A stretch of DNA of 64,000 bases, taken from Octopus vulgaris (Eukaryota). Shown here piece after piece: positions 26,981 to 39,966 of this stretch; positions within the stretch are counted from its first letter, which is position 1; every line of letters starts with the position of its first letter. A model generated the notes under the pieces. That model had not been told where the DNA came from and searched no databases. It saw nothing but the letters and a program-made list of their open reading frames with translations. Both the position numbers and the translations under genes were made by a program. The DNA lies in contig OX597832.1 in the NCBI GenBank assembly GCA_951406725.2, positions 1,612,001 through 1,676,000 of the forward strand, written 5' to 3'.

Positions 26981-28120
26981 TATTATTTAGTTAAATAATT
27001 TGGTAATTAAATATTGGACTATATCTGAGTTAAAGATATTCGTGAGTTTATTATGTTTTTTTAAAGTCATATTATATCTTCATAGATATCTCTAATAGTG
27101 ACTTTGTTCTCTTTATCTATTATAGCCAAAATATAGCCATTTTTTCCATTGATATTCGTAATTATCATTGATAAAATATATTCGTAGTTTTCATTGTTAA
27201 AAGAATTTTCCATCTGTTTATTATAATTTTAGTTAATGACACGATTTTTGAAAGCTAAGTAAACCTTTACTATTAAAGATATTTTAATAAGTTTTATTGT
27301 ATTGTATTGTATACTATATAACTACTGATTGTTAATTTGATTCTATACTCATTTAGTTGTTGAAGATATGTATTTCATTATTAGATTATAACTGTACGTT
27401 ATTTGTAAGTTATTACTTAGCCAACGAGATATAAAGATCGTTAAATAGTTATACGGTTCTTTTAAGATAGGTTATACGTTTATAATTTGCTTTTTAATCT
27501 TTAATTTTTTAATGTATTTCATAAATATATTATATCAATATTTAATATTTACGTAAGTAATAATGGACTAATTAATTTATTTATTTTTTAATTATATGTC
27601 TATATATTTATTTATAGAGGAATTTTAAATCTTAATTATTATATTTGTTGACAATAATTTAGTTATTATTTTTAAATATTTTATAATTATTAGATGTGAA
27701 CTTAAATTTAAAAATATGAATAGTGATTATTTTGTTAAATGATTTGATAATTAGATATTGGACTATACTCTTTTACTCTTTTACTTGTTTCAGTCATTTG
27801 ACTGCGGCCATGCTGGAGCACTAGACTGAGTTAACGATATTTGTGAGTTTATTATGGCTTTTTTTAAAGCCATATCATATCTTAATGGATAAATACATGT
27901 TTCTATCTATTTTTTTACCTTAAAAATTAATATTAAAATTAAAAAGGGGTGATTGCCTCCCCTTTGCAAATATAAGGACACAGACAATGTGTCAAAGCTG
28001 ACAGGAGACGTCGATGCTTCCTAGGGCTAAATGGCGGTGGTGTAATTCCCTTACGGGACTGTCACATTGAGTTGACAGTATACGACCACTATATATATAT
28101 ATATATATACACATATATAT

Positions 28121-28515
28121 AATAATTATTATTTGAGGGAATAAAATCCAAACTTACAAGGAAAGAAATTCAATTTAGAAATACTAAATCAAATTTCACA
28201 CAATATAATATATATATAAAAATTAGAAAAAAACCCCACCTTTTATCAATTCAAAATGAACAATTAAATTACACCATCTAGAAAATTACATATAACAGAA
28301 AAATTTAAATTAAAATAACAATAAAATATCAACGATTAAGTAAATTACAAAAAATAATAATAAAAATGTATATAATAGGTAGAAAAACGACACGTGCTTC
28401 GTGGCTATATTTAAGAAATGATTATAGTAGTAGAGAAATAACTTCGATATACATATAGTCACTCATCAGGTTAAAAATAAACTAGAACAATAAAATAATT
28501 AATTAATAAGTATAC

Positions 28516-28519
<4 letters not shown>
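28121..28519 (-). mobile_element. Non-coding PLE-type fragment between (TA)n arrays
   Basis: Carries a hammerhead; its terminus resembles the reverse complement of 54500-54548. Confidence 0.7.
28385..28474 (-). ncRNA. Type I hammerhead motif with one core substitution
   Basis: aac-CTGATGA-gtgactatat...atatagccac-GAAG-cacgtg-TC-gtt. Confidence 0.7.
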
Positions 28520-28588
<69 letters not shown>

Positions 28589-29529
28589 AAAATACTAAAT
28601 ATACATAAGTGAAAAATAAAATAATACTTAAATAATTAAATACATTAAAATTAAATAAAATACCCAAAGCCAGTACAAATCATTAAATTATAATCAAAAT
28701 AAGAAATGGTTCAAATATAAACAAACTCCTTAAATAATCTAACCATATAATAAATATACATGTGTAATATCTATAGATTTAATATAAAAATCAATAACAA
28801 AGTTGACCTAATATCAAATAATATAATACCTAATTAACTTAAAATTTTATATTACAAATACATAAGCCACCTAATAATAAAATAATATATTGTCAGACGA
28901 AATAATTTAGTTATTATTTTTAAATATTTTATAATTATTAGATGTGAACTTAAATTTAAAAATATGAATAGTGATTATTTTGTTAAATAATTTGGTAATT
29001 AGATTTTGGACTATAACTGAGTTAACGATATTTGTGAGTTTATTATGATTTTTAAAGCCATATTATATCTTAATAGATAAATAAATTTTTCTATCTATTT
29101 CTTTACCTCAAAAATTAATATTTAACATAATAAATGGGTTGTATGACATAATCCTAATGTTTTAAGTTTCTAATTTAGATAATAGAGTTTTTTTATAAGA
29201 ATAATTATTATTTTATTTTCTAATCATAATATAAAACATATAAATAAAAATAATATTTGGTTAATCATTCCTTTTGGGACTCAGGTTAAAACAAATCTTA
29301 TAAAAGAGATTTTACATATTATTGAAATATTTATTAGTGATAATAAAAATTGCGCGTTCATAAACTCTTTGGACGAACGTAAAATTAAATGTAAACATAA
29401 ATTAAAGTACCTTTATAATAGGTTTAAATGATAAATAAATAATTATATTATTTTTAAATAAATATTATAGTAATATAAATTATTTTCAAAATAATATATA
29501 TGTATTTTATTTGATTACTCATTATTTAG

Positions 29530-29574
29530 ACCACCAAAGCAACTTATTCGTCCAAAGGACGGGTGCGTTTGCCA

Positions 29575-29575
<1 letters not shown>
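29530..29575 (+). mobile_element. Helitron 3' terminus
   Basis: Hairpin cgtcc-aaa-ggacg, ~10 nt, CCAG (CTRR-like), then (TA)n. Confidence 0.7.
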
Positions 29576-29617
<42 letters not shown>

Positions 29618-29618
<1 letters not shown>

Positions 29619-30187
29619 CAAGGAAAAATTGTAAAAAAGCATAATGTAAATTCTTCGTGTATCTTGAGTTTAATGATTGTTCACGAAAAAATTACCTTGA
29701 AGTATTGAGATCCAATGGGATTAAATCCATGTGTTGTTTAATTTAATTAAGGGTGTCTCTTAAGTGGATGGTAAAACAGGAAGCAGTAGTAGTAGTCCAG
29801 TTCCACTTAAGAGACACCCTTAATTAAATTAAACAACACATGGATTTAATCCCATTGGATCTCAATACTTCAAGGTAATTTTTTCGTGAACAATCATTAA
29901 ACTCAAGATACACAAAGACTTTACAATGTATCGGAGTACCTATTTTTTAATTTTTGTATATATTTATTATTATTTTTTTGCAAAAAACAATGTAATTTTC
30001 TTTTTTCCTCCTCCTCACTTAAAAATTTTTTTTTCTTTACAATTCTTGAAAAGTCACATTATGACGAAAACCGGTTTGAATTAATATATATATATTTTAT
30101 CAATTTTTCAAAAACTTTTTTCATACGCCCATTTTCATTAAAATTTTCTTTCAATTTAGCATTCTGCCTTTTTACAATTTTTCCTTG

Positions 30188-30188
<1 letters not shown>
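29618..30188. mobile_element. Fold-back PLE-type insertion between (TA)n arrays
   Basis: Inner arms ~29646-29769 and 29802-29926; terminal ~20-bp inverted match; decayed hammerhead on the right side. Confidence 0.75.
30041..30082 (+). ncRNA. Minimal type I hammerhead motif with degenerate core
   Basis: aattc-TTGAAAA-gtca-catta-tgac-GAAA-accggt-TT-gaatt; all three stems pair. Confidence 0.6.
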
Positions 30189-30220
<32 letters not shown>

Positions 30221-30222
<2 letters not shown>

Positions 30223-31317
30223 GGCAAACGCACCCGTCCTTTGGACGAATAAGTTGCTTTGGTGGTATTTTTTTCACTTTGTTTCAGGTGCTACCCGAGC
30301 TCAGTGAGCCGTTTGCTCAGTGGTATCTCCCATGAAGTAAATTTGAAGGAATCGGTGTTCAGCGTTGTTGACAGGAAGAATAAAGCTTATCCGATGATAG
30401 GTTTGGGCCTGAATTTTGAACGTTGACATATAGGAGCCTTCATGAATGGGTTTGTGATCGAAACTTGTCATCTGGAAGGTAGAGTTATAAGCGCGAATTT
30501 TCTGTATAAATTGCTGCGAATCATGGTGTTGACCAAGGAGTAAAGAGAGGAAAGTCTGAGGAATGTTTTGCAGGTGAGGCAAGCGAACCTTTCCTTTTAA
30601 ACAGGATAGGCCACTGGATTCTCCAATCCACTTGAGGGCTTTGCAAAATGGACTTATTACAGACATATCCCCTGTAACAGTCTCTAGATGAGTGGCGCCA
30701 TTCTCGGCAGGATCATAATTGAGCGTCTTTGATGCCCTCGATTACTCGATGGCTTGCAATAGCCATGGGCAAGAGCTTTCCGGTGAACATTAGACTGAAG
30801 TTTCATCATCTGATGGTTATCGCCATCTGCCAACTTCGCAGCAGAAGTGGATGCAGCGTTGCGTGCCCGACGGATAGAACTCTCTTCTGAGGCTTTGTCG
30901 GCCCTCGAGGCAGAAGTGGATGCAGCGTTGCGTGCCCGACGGATAGCACTCTTTTGTGGGGTTTTCGGCCCTTGCGTCAGCAGTATGCACCCGATAGGTT
31001 ACACGCTTCCCTGGAGTAGCTTCAGCTCTAGTAGCGGCAGCTGTTTTCAAGTCTACATGATATGTGGTCCTCAGTTTCCTTAGCCTGTCCACCTTCGCGG
31101 TGCCCCAACCAGAAAACAGTATTTGGAAGCTGTCATTTTGTTTTCATGTAAATAAATGTTTATGTTAATTTAAAAGATTTATCCAGAAAATTTTATTTAG
31201 CTGTTATTTTTAGCCCAACGAGTGTTATGTCTTCGGTAATTTTCTTTCATGTAAATGTTTGTTAATTTAAAAGATTTTCCAAATTCGTCGTATGTACATA
31301 TTTTTTGTATGTAGAGA
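30221..31317 (-). mobile_element. Internally deleted Helitron (RepHel N-terminal remnant and 3' terminus)
   Basis: CKALKWIGESSGLSCLKGKVRLP...IRAYNSTFQMTSF...TFKIQAQTYHRI...FLQIYF; 3' end nearly identical to 29530-29575; possible TC start near 31317. Confidence 0.85.
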
Positions 31318-32280
31318 CTTCCATACTTTTTTAAAATCTATATAGTCGTATATTGGCATTAGAGAATATTTCTGGCTGTGATTAAATTGACTACGAACTC
31401 TGTGGGCGGTGAATATCCAATACCAAACAATCTTAATCTCCATATTTGAGCTGCATTAAACTTTAGCAAGCTTACCTTTACCTATTCTGAGTTACTTGAA
31501 AGGTGATGTTCCCTTCCCTCTCTTCTATTTGTTAATACTTTTGTTTACCTACCAATGCGTTGTTTCACTTAAAGATGCTTATTTACCCATCGATTATGAT
31601 ATTTCGACTGTTGTCCATTATTTCAAATACGTTAGCATTGAGGTTTTAGTCTTATTTAAACAATCACATATTATTCGTCTCAAAGTTCAAATAAGAGTTA
31701 TATTAGAATGAAAAATGCAGGCAAAGGGTTCTAGGATATTCTCAGGTACTGAACCTGGAAAAGTACAAGACAAGTATTAATTAAGTCTAGAAAAATATAG
31801 GGCAAGAAGAAAAAAACTTAAAATATTACTGCTGAAGTTAGAATTTGCTAAATGAATTTCTGATATTGTTCATGAAAAAGTGTCTGCACTTCTTTGGCTT
31901 TTGTAACTTTTGTTTTCCATTGCAACTTTTTAAAATTTAAATTAATATTTATGTTTTCTTTGAAAATAATAGTGATATTTTGATTCAAATCAATTTTCGC
32001 CTTACTCTCCCATTTTTACCTCACACATTTTGGCCTAGCTTGCTTTAATCAGCCAAATTTCAATTAGAAAATCTCTGTTCGAGATAGCAGCAGTATACGA
32101 TCCAAAAGGAGTGTTCATCGCCACTTTAACATGAGTGTTCTCTAAGAACCGATGATAATACTATTTTAGCGTCAGGAAGACATCTTCTCCAGTTGGTTAT
32201 TCCCTGCGCTTTGGCACTCTATATTCATTGCAAGCGGGAGAGAACTCCTGTCAACCCAGCTTGAAAGTGCACTGAATTAA

Positions 32281-32588
32281 TCCCTTACCCGGCAGAAACG
32301 AATATATTCGTTTTGACCGAAATCGTTTTTTTCTATCTCTGGCGAGTTAACTCGTCAAAAGATAGACTCGCCAAAATCGACAGCAAACGAGTTCCTTCGT
32401 CTAAAAACGGGTTAACTCGTTTCTGCCCAAAGCGGTAATTTAAAATCAATATTATTGAATTAAAATTCATAATAAATAAGGTTTGAAATATACCTCGAAA
32501 TCACCATTCAAAACATAGTAAAATAAAACAATTAAAAAATATGTCTGAAAAAATACATTTATTTTCAAAATAATTGTTGGGTAAGGGG
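32281..32588. mobile_element. piggyBac-type MITE
   Basis: TTAA on both flanks; TIR cccttacccggca / tgttgggtaaggg. Confidence 0.75.
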
Positions 32589-32754
32589 TTAATCAGTTTA
32601 TCTCACAATTTAGCTCAAGTTTGGACCATCATTGCTAAGATATTGCATTGAATTTGGTCGAAAACTGAAATAATGATGAACCCTGCAAATGCTCGCGAGC
32701 GGCTAAAAGTTGACTTTAAGAATATATTCACTCACTGTCGTGGGTGAATGATAT

Positions 32755-33611
32755 ATATAATGTGCGATGAGTAAATTGTCGCTATTTTATATTTTCAATT
32801 TCGCGCATACGCATTGTTTGTTTTTGATTTTGTCGACTACAGTAAAGCCGGGTAAGTTGTTCACTTTCTGTGAGAAAAACAGCACCATGACAAAATTCAC
32901 TCTGCCAGAAATTTGAAAACGACATGCTGTACTGCTTGGCATTCGCGCCGGAAGCTCCAATACGAACATTTGAGAGTGTTTGGGTGTCCATCTGAGGACA
33001 GTGCAAACTGAGGACACGTACCGATAGTGATAAAAATCAAACATCCAGTCAACATCATGGTGTTTGGAGTGATCACTAGTGATGTCCACGTTATGCTTCC
33101 ACTCATCTTCCCACACGGCCTCAGACTCTACACGGTGGCCTACATCTAGTGACGAGAGGAAGTAACGCTGCCCTGGGTGGAGAGAATAACTGCTGGAAGA
33201 CTCTATGTAGGAGAACCCAGTCATGGCTGTCAGACAACTTCTGTGACCACATCACCCTTAACATCTAGCCACCTAACTCCCCACACTGCAACCCCCCTTG
33301 ATTATTATGTGTGGGGTGCAACTGAGCGAGAGACCAACAAAACTCCATGTAACATCAAAGATGAACTGAAAGGAAGGATTATGGTAGCATTCACCAACTT
33401 AAACAAGGAAACCACCCAGAAGAGTTGGAGGAGATTCTGAAGTCGTCTGGAGGCCGTAGTTGAAGCCAATGGCGATTTTATGAATTAAATTTACTGCTTA
33501 GTATTTCGAGATATTTTAATGTAATTTTGGTAAATATATCTGTTAAAATGAGATGTCAGTGTTATTTTCATTTTTGCGTAATTTAGACGACGATTTATTC
33601 ACTGCACCCTG

Positions 33612-33613
<2 letters not shown>
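32755..33613 (+). mobile_element. Tc1/mariner-superfamily (maT-like) element, deleted and decayed
   Basis: KHPVNIMVFGVITSD, PPNSPHCNPLDYYVWG, SRLEAVVEANGDF; right TIR tttattcactgcaccctgTA and a degenerate left TIR. Confidence 0.8.
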
Positions 33614-33652
<39 letters not shown>

Positions 33653-34624
33653 AGAGAGAGATTATTTATATTAAAGTATCAAATATATAGAGAGTTCAGT
33701 GATATGATTGGATGTCTATATGTAGTGCCCCCGCATGGCCGTAGTCTTATGACTGAAACAAGTAAAAAATAAAAGAATAATGTAACACAGTATTACAAGC
33801 TATGCATTTTCCATCGCAGTTTGTTCAAGTTTCTTGTCTTTGCAATATTGATTAGGCCATAACCTTTATTCAACATATCTATTCCAAAGTGAATACCGGA
33901 GAACAATTTCCCTTTCCGATAAGCTGCCTGACTCTTTATGGGAGATGTAAGTTAGAAACTTCAAGATGTATTGAGAAAAATAAACATATCGAAAATAGTT
34001 CAAAAGTAGAAATCTTATTTTCTTTACAGATGAATAGAATAAGATTAAAAACTGGGAAAAATATATACGCCAAAACTAGAAGGCAGGAAGGAAAGAAAGA
34101 CAGAAAAGGTGAAGAGGAAAAGTAGAAATGAGGCGCATACGAATACATATCTGCATAAATACATGAGTGCGTATGTAAGTGCTTAGGAAAGTTCGTCAAG
34201 ACGCCATAATCCATTTAATAATATTTACTTTTTATCTATTATGCAAATATAACACATAATTCCATTCTTCTAAATGATTGATTTTTGGATAATCTTCTAT
34301 TTGATGATATAATTGTAAACTTCTTTTAATTGCTAGACAGTTGCCTATTTTTGTCATATTTCTTTTATCGAAATGGCTACAAGAAAGAATATGGTTGTGG
34401 GATAGCTACTTGAGCCTTCTTTAGCCAGGCCTATATATTATTTACTGCTACATCGATGACTTTTTTCATAGCGGTACCATCTGTTTCCTAAATGAAGACA
34501 TCTGTTTTGCAAGACATACTTAGTGGTCTCAGTCAATTCGGTGTTAGAGGAGTATGTGGTATTATACGTATCATCTACATGTTACAATTGTAATATTATT
34601 TTCTCTGTTAATAATATAATTATA

Positions 34625-34905
34625 CAGCCAAACCCAAACCACGAAAGAAATTCCAAAGAGAATGAAAACAACAATTATTTAAGGTTAATCCCAAACTCGA
34701 GTTTCTGTATTAATAAACAAATAAATTAATTTGCCAACTGTACTTAGGTGATGGCACTAATCAGTGGTATCGCCTAAGTACTGATGGCAAATAAATTTAT
34801 TTGCTCATTAATACAGAAACTCGAGTTTGGGATTAACTGTTAACAATTGTCGTTTTCATTCCCTTTGGAATTACCTTTTTCGTGGTTTGGGCTTGGATTT
34901 GGCTG
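34625..34905. repeat. Imperfect ~280-bp palindrome (fold-back MITE-like)
   Basis: gttaatcccaaactcgagtttctgtattaat mirrored at ~34808-34838; loop near 34760. Confidence 0.8.
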
Positions 34906-35089
34906 CCCTCTCTAGCATGTAAGATGTCTTGTAAAGGGTAGCCTCTTTGTGTATAAATACTATACTATATGTATGTGTATGTGTGTATACATACATACAT
35001 ACATACATACATACATACATACATACATACTTACATATATACATACATACATATATATGTATATATATATATTATATTCTGTTATTCTT

Positions 35090-35428
35090 TTATTCTTTTA
35101 CTTATTTCAATCAGTTGGCTGCGACCATGCATGAGCACCGCTTCGAACAAATCGACCCCAGGACTTACTTTTTGTACTTGTTATATCGGTATTTTTTTCC
35201 GAACCGCTAAGTTACGAGGACGTAAAAACACCAACACCGGTTGTCATGCGGTGCTGGGGAGACAAACATATGCACACATACATACATACATGTACGACGG
35301 GCTTCTTTTAGTTTCCCTCTGCCAAATCCACTCACAAGGCTTTGGTTGGTTCGAGGCTATTGTAGAATAGTGAGACTTAACCTGTAACCATATGGTTGGA
35401 AAGCCAGCTTCTAACCACATAGCCACGC
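35090..35428 (-). mobile_element. SINE family B
   Basis: ccgaaccgctaagttacg...acgggcttctt..caaatccactcacaaggcttt; other pieces at 63866-64000, 59661-59700, 40285-40457. Confidence 0.75.
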
Positions 35429-35894
35429 CGATGGGCTTCTATTAGTTCCTTCTTTGTTGAAGGTTAGGACTTTGCTGAATATTAGTAGTAAACTTCAGTT
35501 CTATATTTAAGAGATGAGGAATTATGTACATTATTTACATTATTTACATTTGACAGATATTTGCTAATTCTGCATTTCAATTCGTTGATTTAATTCCCCA
35601 GCATTTCAGGTTTTAAATAGGTAAGTGTATATTATTTCTCAAGCATTTTCTATTCAGTATTTCATGCATTACCATATATGCCGACAATCAGACTACATTC
35701 ATACAAACTACTACTTATATATAAGGTTTAATTTATCAGTATACCCCCTCTTATCTTGCGAATACTTTTGGAGCTCAGGTTTGCGTTAAGTTACATGAAC
35801 CTTAACTATCATAGAAGGTTCAGGATCTTCAGGGGATATTCTCATGTGGGCTTCAACTTACTTCAGAAAGTCGGGACTCCTTATCCACCATTGG

Positions 35895-36748
35895 GTGTGT
35901 GTGTGTGTGTGTGTTTGTGAATTTGTTACTTTAACTCCTCCGATACTATCCAACCGATCTTGATGAAACTTGACACATGTGTAGAGCTTATGCCCATGCG
36001 GTCACTTACGCGCTTGGAATTTCAAAAAAAAAAAATTAATTTTTAAACAGCATCAAGTTTTCAAAAATCAGTTGGACATTTCAATGCAAATTCTCATATG
36101 AATGTTATTTTCTGTCATAACTTTTAAAGTTTGCAACCAATTTTCTTGGAATTTTATACACAGATGAAATATGCGCTACGGATGGGTTGAGACAAATAAA
36201 TTTTTACCTACGCCACTCAAGCAAAGTGTGCGATGATTTTTGATTAACTAATTAGCGAAATTTGGCCTAAATCCTTGTGGAGTTAAAATGTTCGTCAATT
36301 ATTTCAGCATTCTCAGGTTGCTGTAACATGTATTTTCTTAACACCTGCACTTAAAATTGTTGGTTCTAATCGTTGCAATCGATATTTGATTCTCACGGTC
36401 AGTGGAACTATACCCATGAAACGCAGTAGTCAAATTAAGTGCCTTTTCTCTAATTCTAAATAATTTTTTGTTTACTTTTCAAACTTTTGTGTTCTTTTTT
36501 TTTCATAGTACTCCTTTACAATTCCTTTCTTGATGTTTCCGTTGATTATATATTTGCAGCTTTCCCCTCATCTGACCAAACGATTGTCAACATGTATCTA
36601 TTTGTAATAATATTTCGTGAATGGATTTGCTTACGTCTTCTATTATCTGCCCTATGTCTTGATTTCATTTTCTATGTCAGAGAAATCAGCCATAGTAATG
36701 GGTACTTGGAATATCCCCGGTCCCGTGTATCACCGGGTACCCCAGCTA
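35895..36748 (+). mobile_element. Non-autonomous Helitron
   Basis: Ends with hairpin cccgtgtatcaccggg, then tacccag, then CTAG|T; (GT)n near the 5' side; 5' boundary uncertain. Confidence 0.6.
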
Positions 36749-36806
36749 GTTATTTACATATATTTATTCTTTTGCCTAATAGGTAGTTAGAGAGACAGTA
36801 GTAATT

Positions 36807-39030
36807 GTAGTGATAGTGTCAAAAAGGTTGGCTCGCCGGGTAGTAGTTGATAGTGTAGAAGTTGGCACCTGCCAGTAGAGAGGGAAAGAGTAAGGACTGT
36901 ACATTGCTGATTAGAAAGGAAGAAAGGATAAATGTGGCTTCGTCTTTCTTGCGGCCGAAAGCTTCACTTTGTATGTCAAGCAAAGGGCGAAGGGAAGTGC
37001 TGCACTTGGCCGTGGTTGACACAAAAGAGGCTACTGCTCCTTGGTCTGGCAGACACAAAAGAGAAAGAGATAGAAAGTGCTCTCTGATATATAGACTATG
37101 GTCAGTAATGTAGGTCAAACCCTAAACAAAGGGCTGACCTTTCCTTGACCAGCACAGGTCCTTGGGGTCAAGTGTTTCCCCATCAATCATTTGGTGTGGG
37201 GATACAAACAAAGGATTTTTCTGCTTGTTTTGATAAACAACAAGCGAGCGAATTTGGTTCCAAATCTCAGACAGGGCCAAGCGAGGTCCCTACACTATTC
37301 CCCTGCTTGAGAATTCCTAGAAAAACAAACGAACGATCTAGGGAAAAGAATGCATGCATGCAAAAATGCATTTTAGGACAAGGTGAAGATAATATTCAAT
37401 TGTGAAAGGTATTTTGTTGTTGGTGACTGTGATGCAAGGTTGAGAAAAATTGTGAATATCAGGAGAGAGGATCCAGAGAATGCATACAGGAAAGGGTCTC
37501 TATTCGAGTGAGTCCGAAAAACGGTGCCGCTTTTTATGCGCAGAATGCAGAATATGCCAGTTGCTGTGCGACTGAGGCAGAGTGAACGAACATGCGCATG
37601 AGTGCTGAATATGCCAGTCGTTGTGTAACTGAGGCAGTGAGTGAGCGTGCAAGGGCGTATACATGAGTGCGAGAGAAAGTCCTGCAGCTGTGGAATAAAA
37701 TGAGTCGAGTGAGTGTATGCATTCTCAATTCATGATACCAACAAAAATTTTCATGCAGCAATGAATTTTGTGTGAAAATGCCTTGAAAGGAGTGTAGAAG
37801 CGAAATATGTCTGGTGTTGTCGTCATGGGCATTTGCTAAGATTAGCCAGAACGACGACAGTTTGGCATACTGGCGCGTTGTGCAGAACAGACAATTTTCT
37901 TCATTAACTTCGTGACCAACCTGGGGATGAACAGAAGCAGGTTGTGTCTGACAAGGGTGCAGAGAGCATGAGCTGACATCCAACGTACGCAGAGTCGCGA
38001 AAAAGAGCCGAGAGGGTACAAACATGAGAAAACTACTCTAAAGGCACTATCTTTTGGTACGTGTGTGTAAGTGGGTACAGACTTGCAGGTTTGTGTATGA
38101 ACGTTGAGGGAAATTTTTTATATTGTTTTACCAACAAAATACGGAACAGTGCACAAATGGGTCAGCGTGCGAAGTAAGAAAGAAGTTGCAGACATTCAAA
38201 AACAAAATATGTATCGAGAAAAAACAGTTGAAAGAATTATAAAACGTGTGCAAAAATGTGAAATTCCAGTGGCCAACGAGAAAAAATATATTATACAAAT
38301 ATAGAACATTCAAGAACAAATGAAAGTGTGTAGTGCTACAAAAAAGAAGGAAATAAGTAAGCATTTGAAATGCAAAAATATGTGCATGCAAAGAAAGTTT
38401 GAGTCTATGTACAAGTGTTCATGTGACATGCAGGTTAAACGCAGGATTGCGTTCGAACAATCTGTGACTGTGGAGAACACTGCATGTGGGGGCTTCCATA
38501 TTTTCATCCATATAGCTTTTGGTCGGATGACAGTCGAAATGTTGCGTTTTTATTTTATTGTAGATGTTACTTTCGTGGCTCTGTGCAGTGTAATGGAGTG
38601 CATTGTGTGGCAGGTCGAAAGTGCATGGTGGGTTTCCATTGTGTCGGCGAGTTCTTTTCCTTCGTGTTGTGACAGTCGAAACGAAAACTGTGTAGTGAAA
38701 GTTGTTATTCTTGTCTTCCATATGATGAGCATGTAATTCTTGAGCTCGAGTCACCAGAATGTAGCGACGAAATGGAAAATTTAACCGCGAAACAAAACTT
38801 TGTCTAATTTTCTAGTGAAGTAGAGACAATCGTGTATCAGAATATCGGGAAGCATACGAGGCAACAGCTTTTGGAACTGTAGATCTTTTAGCTCGGTGCC
38901 ACCAATTGCAGTGAGAGTTTAGTGAAGGTCGTACTTGTTTTCACAAGGTCGTATGATGCAGCGAAATGATGTGCAATTTAACGGATATAGAACATATATA
39001 ATCACGTCGGTACGTTGTAGCTCACTACCA
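36807..39030 (-). mobile_element. Decayed Ty3/gypsy-like LTR element remnant
   Basis: Minus strand ...cgcTACA ttc TGGTGAC (LTR end and PBS-like motif) at ~38750-38765; gag-like PSRLF, ILANA, FCWYH fragments; no matching second LTR seen. Confidence 0.45.
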
Positions 39031-39072
39031 TTTTTAAAATGTCACATTATAATGATAATATATATATAAAGA

Positions 39073-39307
39073 AGAATACAGTGTACGTTCAAACACAAAA
39101 AGAAATACCCGAAAAATAGGATATCTGACTCGCTAGAAAGAGCAGTTAAAACTCCAAGCCACCAATTGTTGTAAAAAAGTTTTATTTTGCAATCACTTTC
39201 AGAATTACAACAATTGGTGGCTTGTAGCTTCAACTGCTCTTCTAGCGAGTCAGATATCCTATTTTTCGGGTATCTCTTTTTGTATTTGAACGTACACTGT
39301 ATTCTTT
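39073..39307. repeat. Inverted repeat with ~100-bp arms and ~30-bp spacer, short TA runs outside
   Basis: aagaatacagtgtacgttcaaa...caattgttgtaa mirrored from 39206. Confidence 0.85.
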
Positions 39308-39875
39308 GAATAATATATAGTCTACTGACTAATTTTTTCTTTCTCGCTAGACCACTGGTAACTAAGAATTTTTCGATGAATATTCTTGCTACCCTAAGAT
39401 TTTAATTAATGATAAAATGTTTTTTGGCTAATTCTGGAAGAAAATCGGCAATTTATTTTTTAGTTCTGGTTTTGTGAACAATACAATTCAAAAATTTAAG
39501 TTCAGACATAAACAAAGCTGAAACTCACAATAATCCCATGAATAAAAGCACAATGCAATAAAAACACAAACTAAGATATCGCCATTACAACATACTGTAG
39601 AAAATAAGGAGATGTTTCCATATACTTCTACATGATATTTAATCATACAATACGTCATAAATTTAAAATCATCAGTAAATTTCATCGGAGGTATCCCAGT
39701 ATCGCCCCAGGATAACGAATGAAACAAGTAAAAGATAAAAGATAAGCGGGAATTATCCACCTGAAGTTTAAATATAAACAGTTCCGAGAGGAAATGAATA
39801 AAACCCCATTTTACGGCATTATTTACATAGAACATTTGATTCAGAGAATACAGACATGCGGTTACTAAAAATCAC

Positions 39876-39877
<2 letters not shown>

Positions 39878-39962
<85 letters not shown>
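39878..39962. repeat. (GT)n microsatellite
   Basis: Directly visible. Confidence 0.95.

Positions 39963-39966
<4 letters not shown>

Larger units (their letters stand above)
26985..29130. repeat. AT-rich unit in three partial direct copies (~26985-27085, 27653-27935, 28902-29125)
   Basis: Shared tggactata.ctgagttaa.gatatt.gtgagtttattatg; the second copy is interrupted by a SINE-tail fragment at ~27776-27822. Confidence 0.75.
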
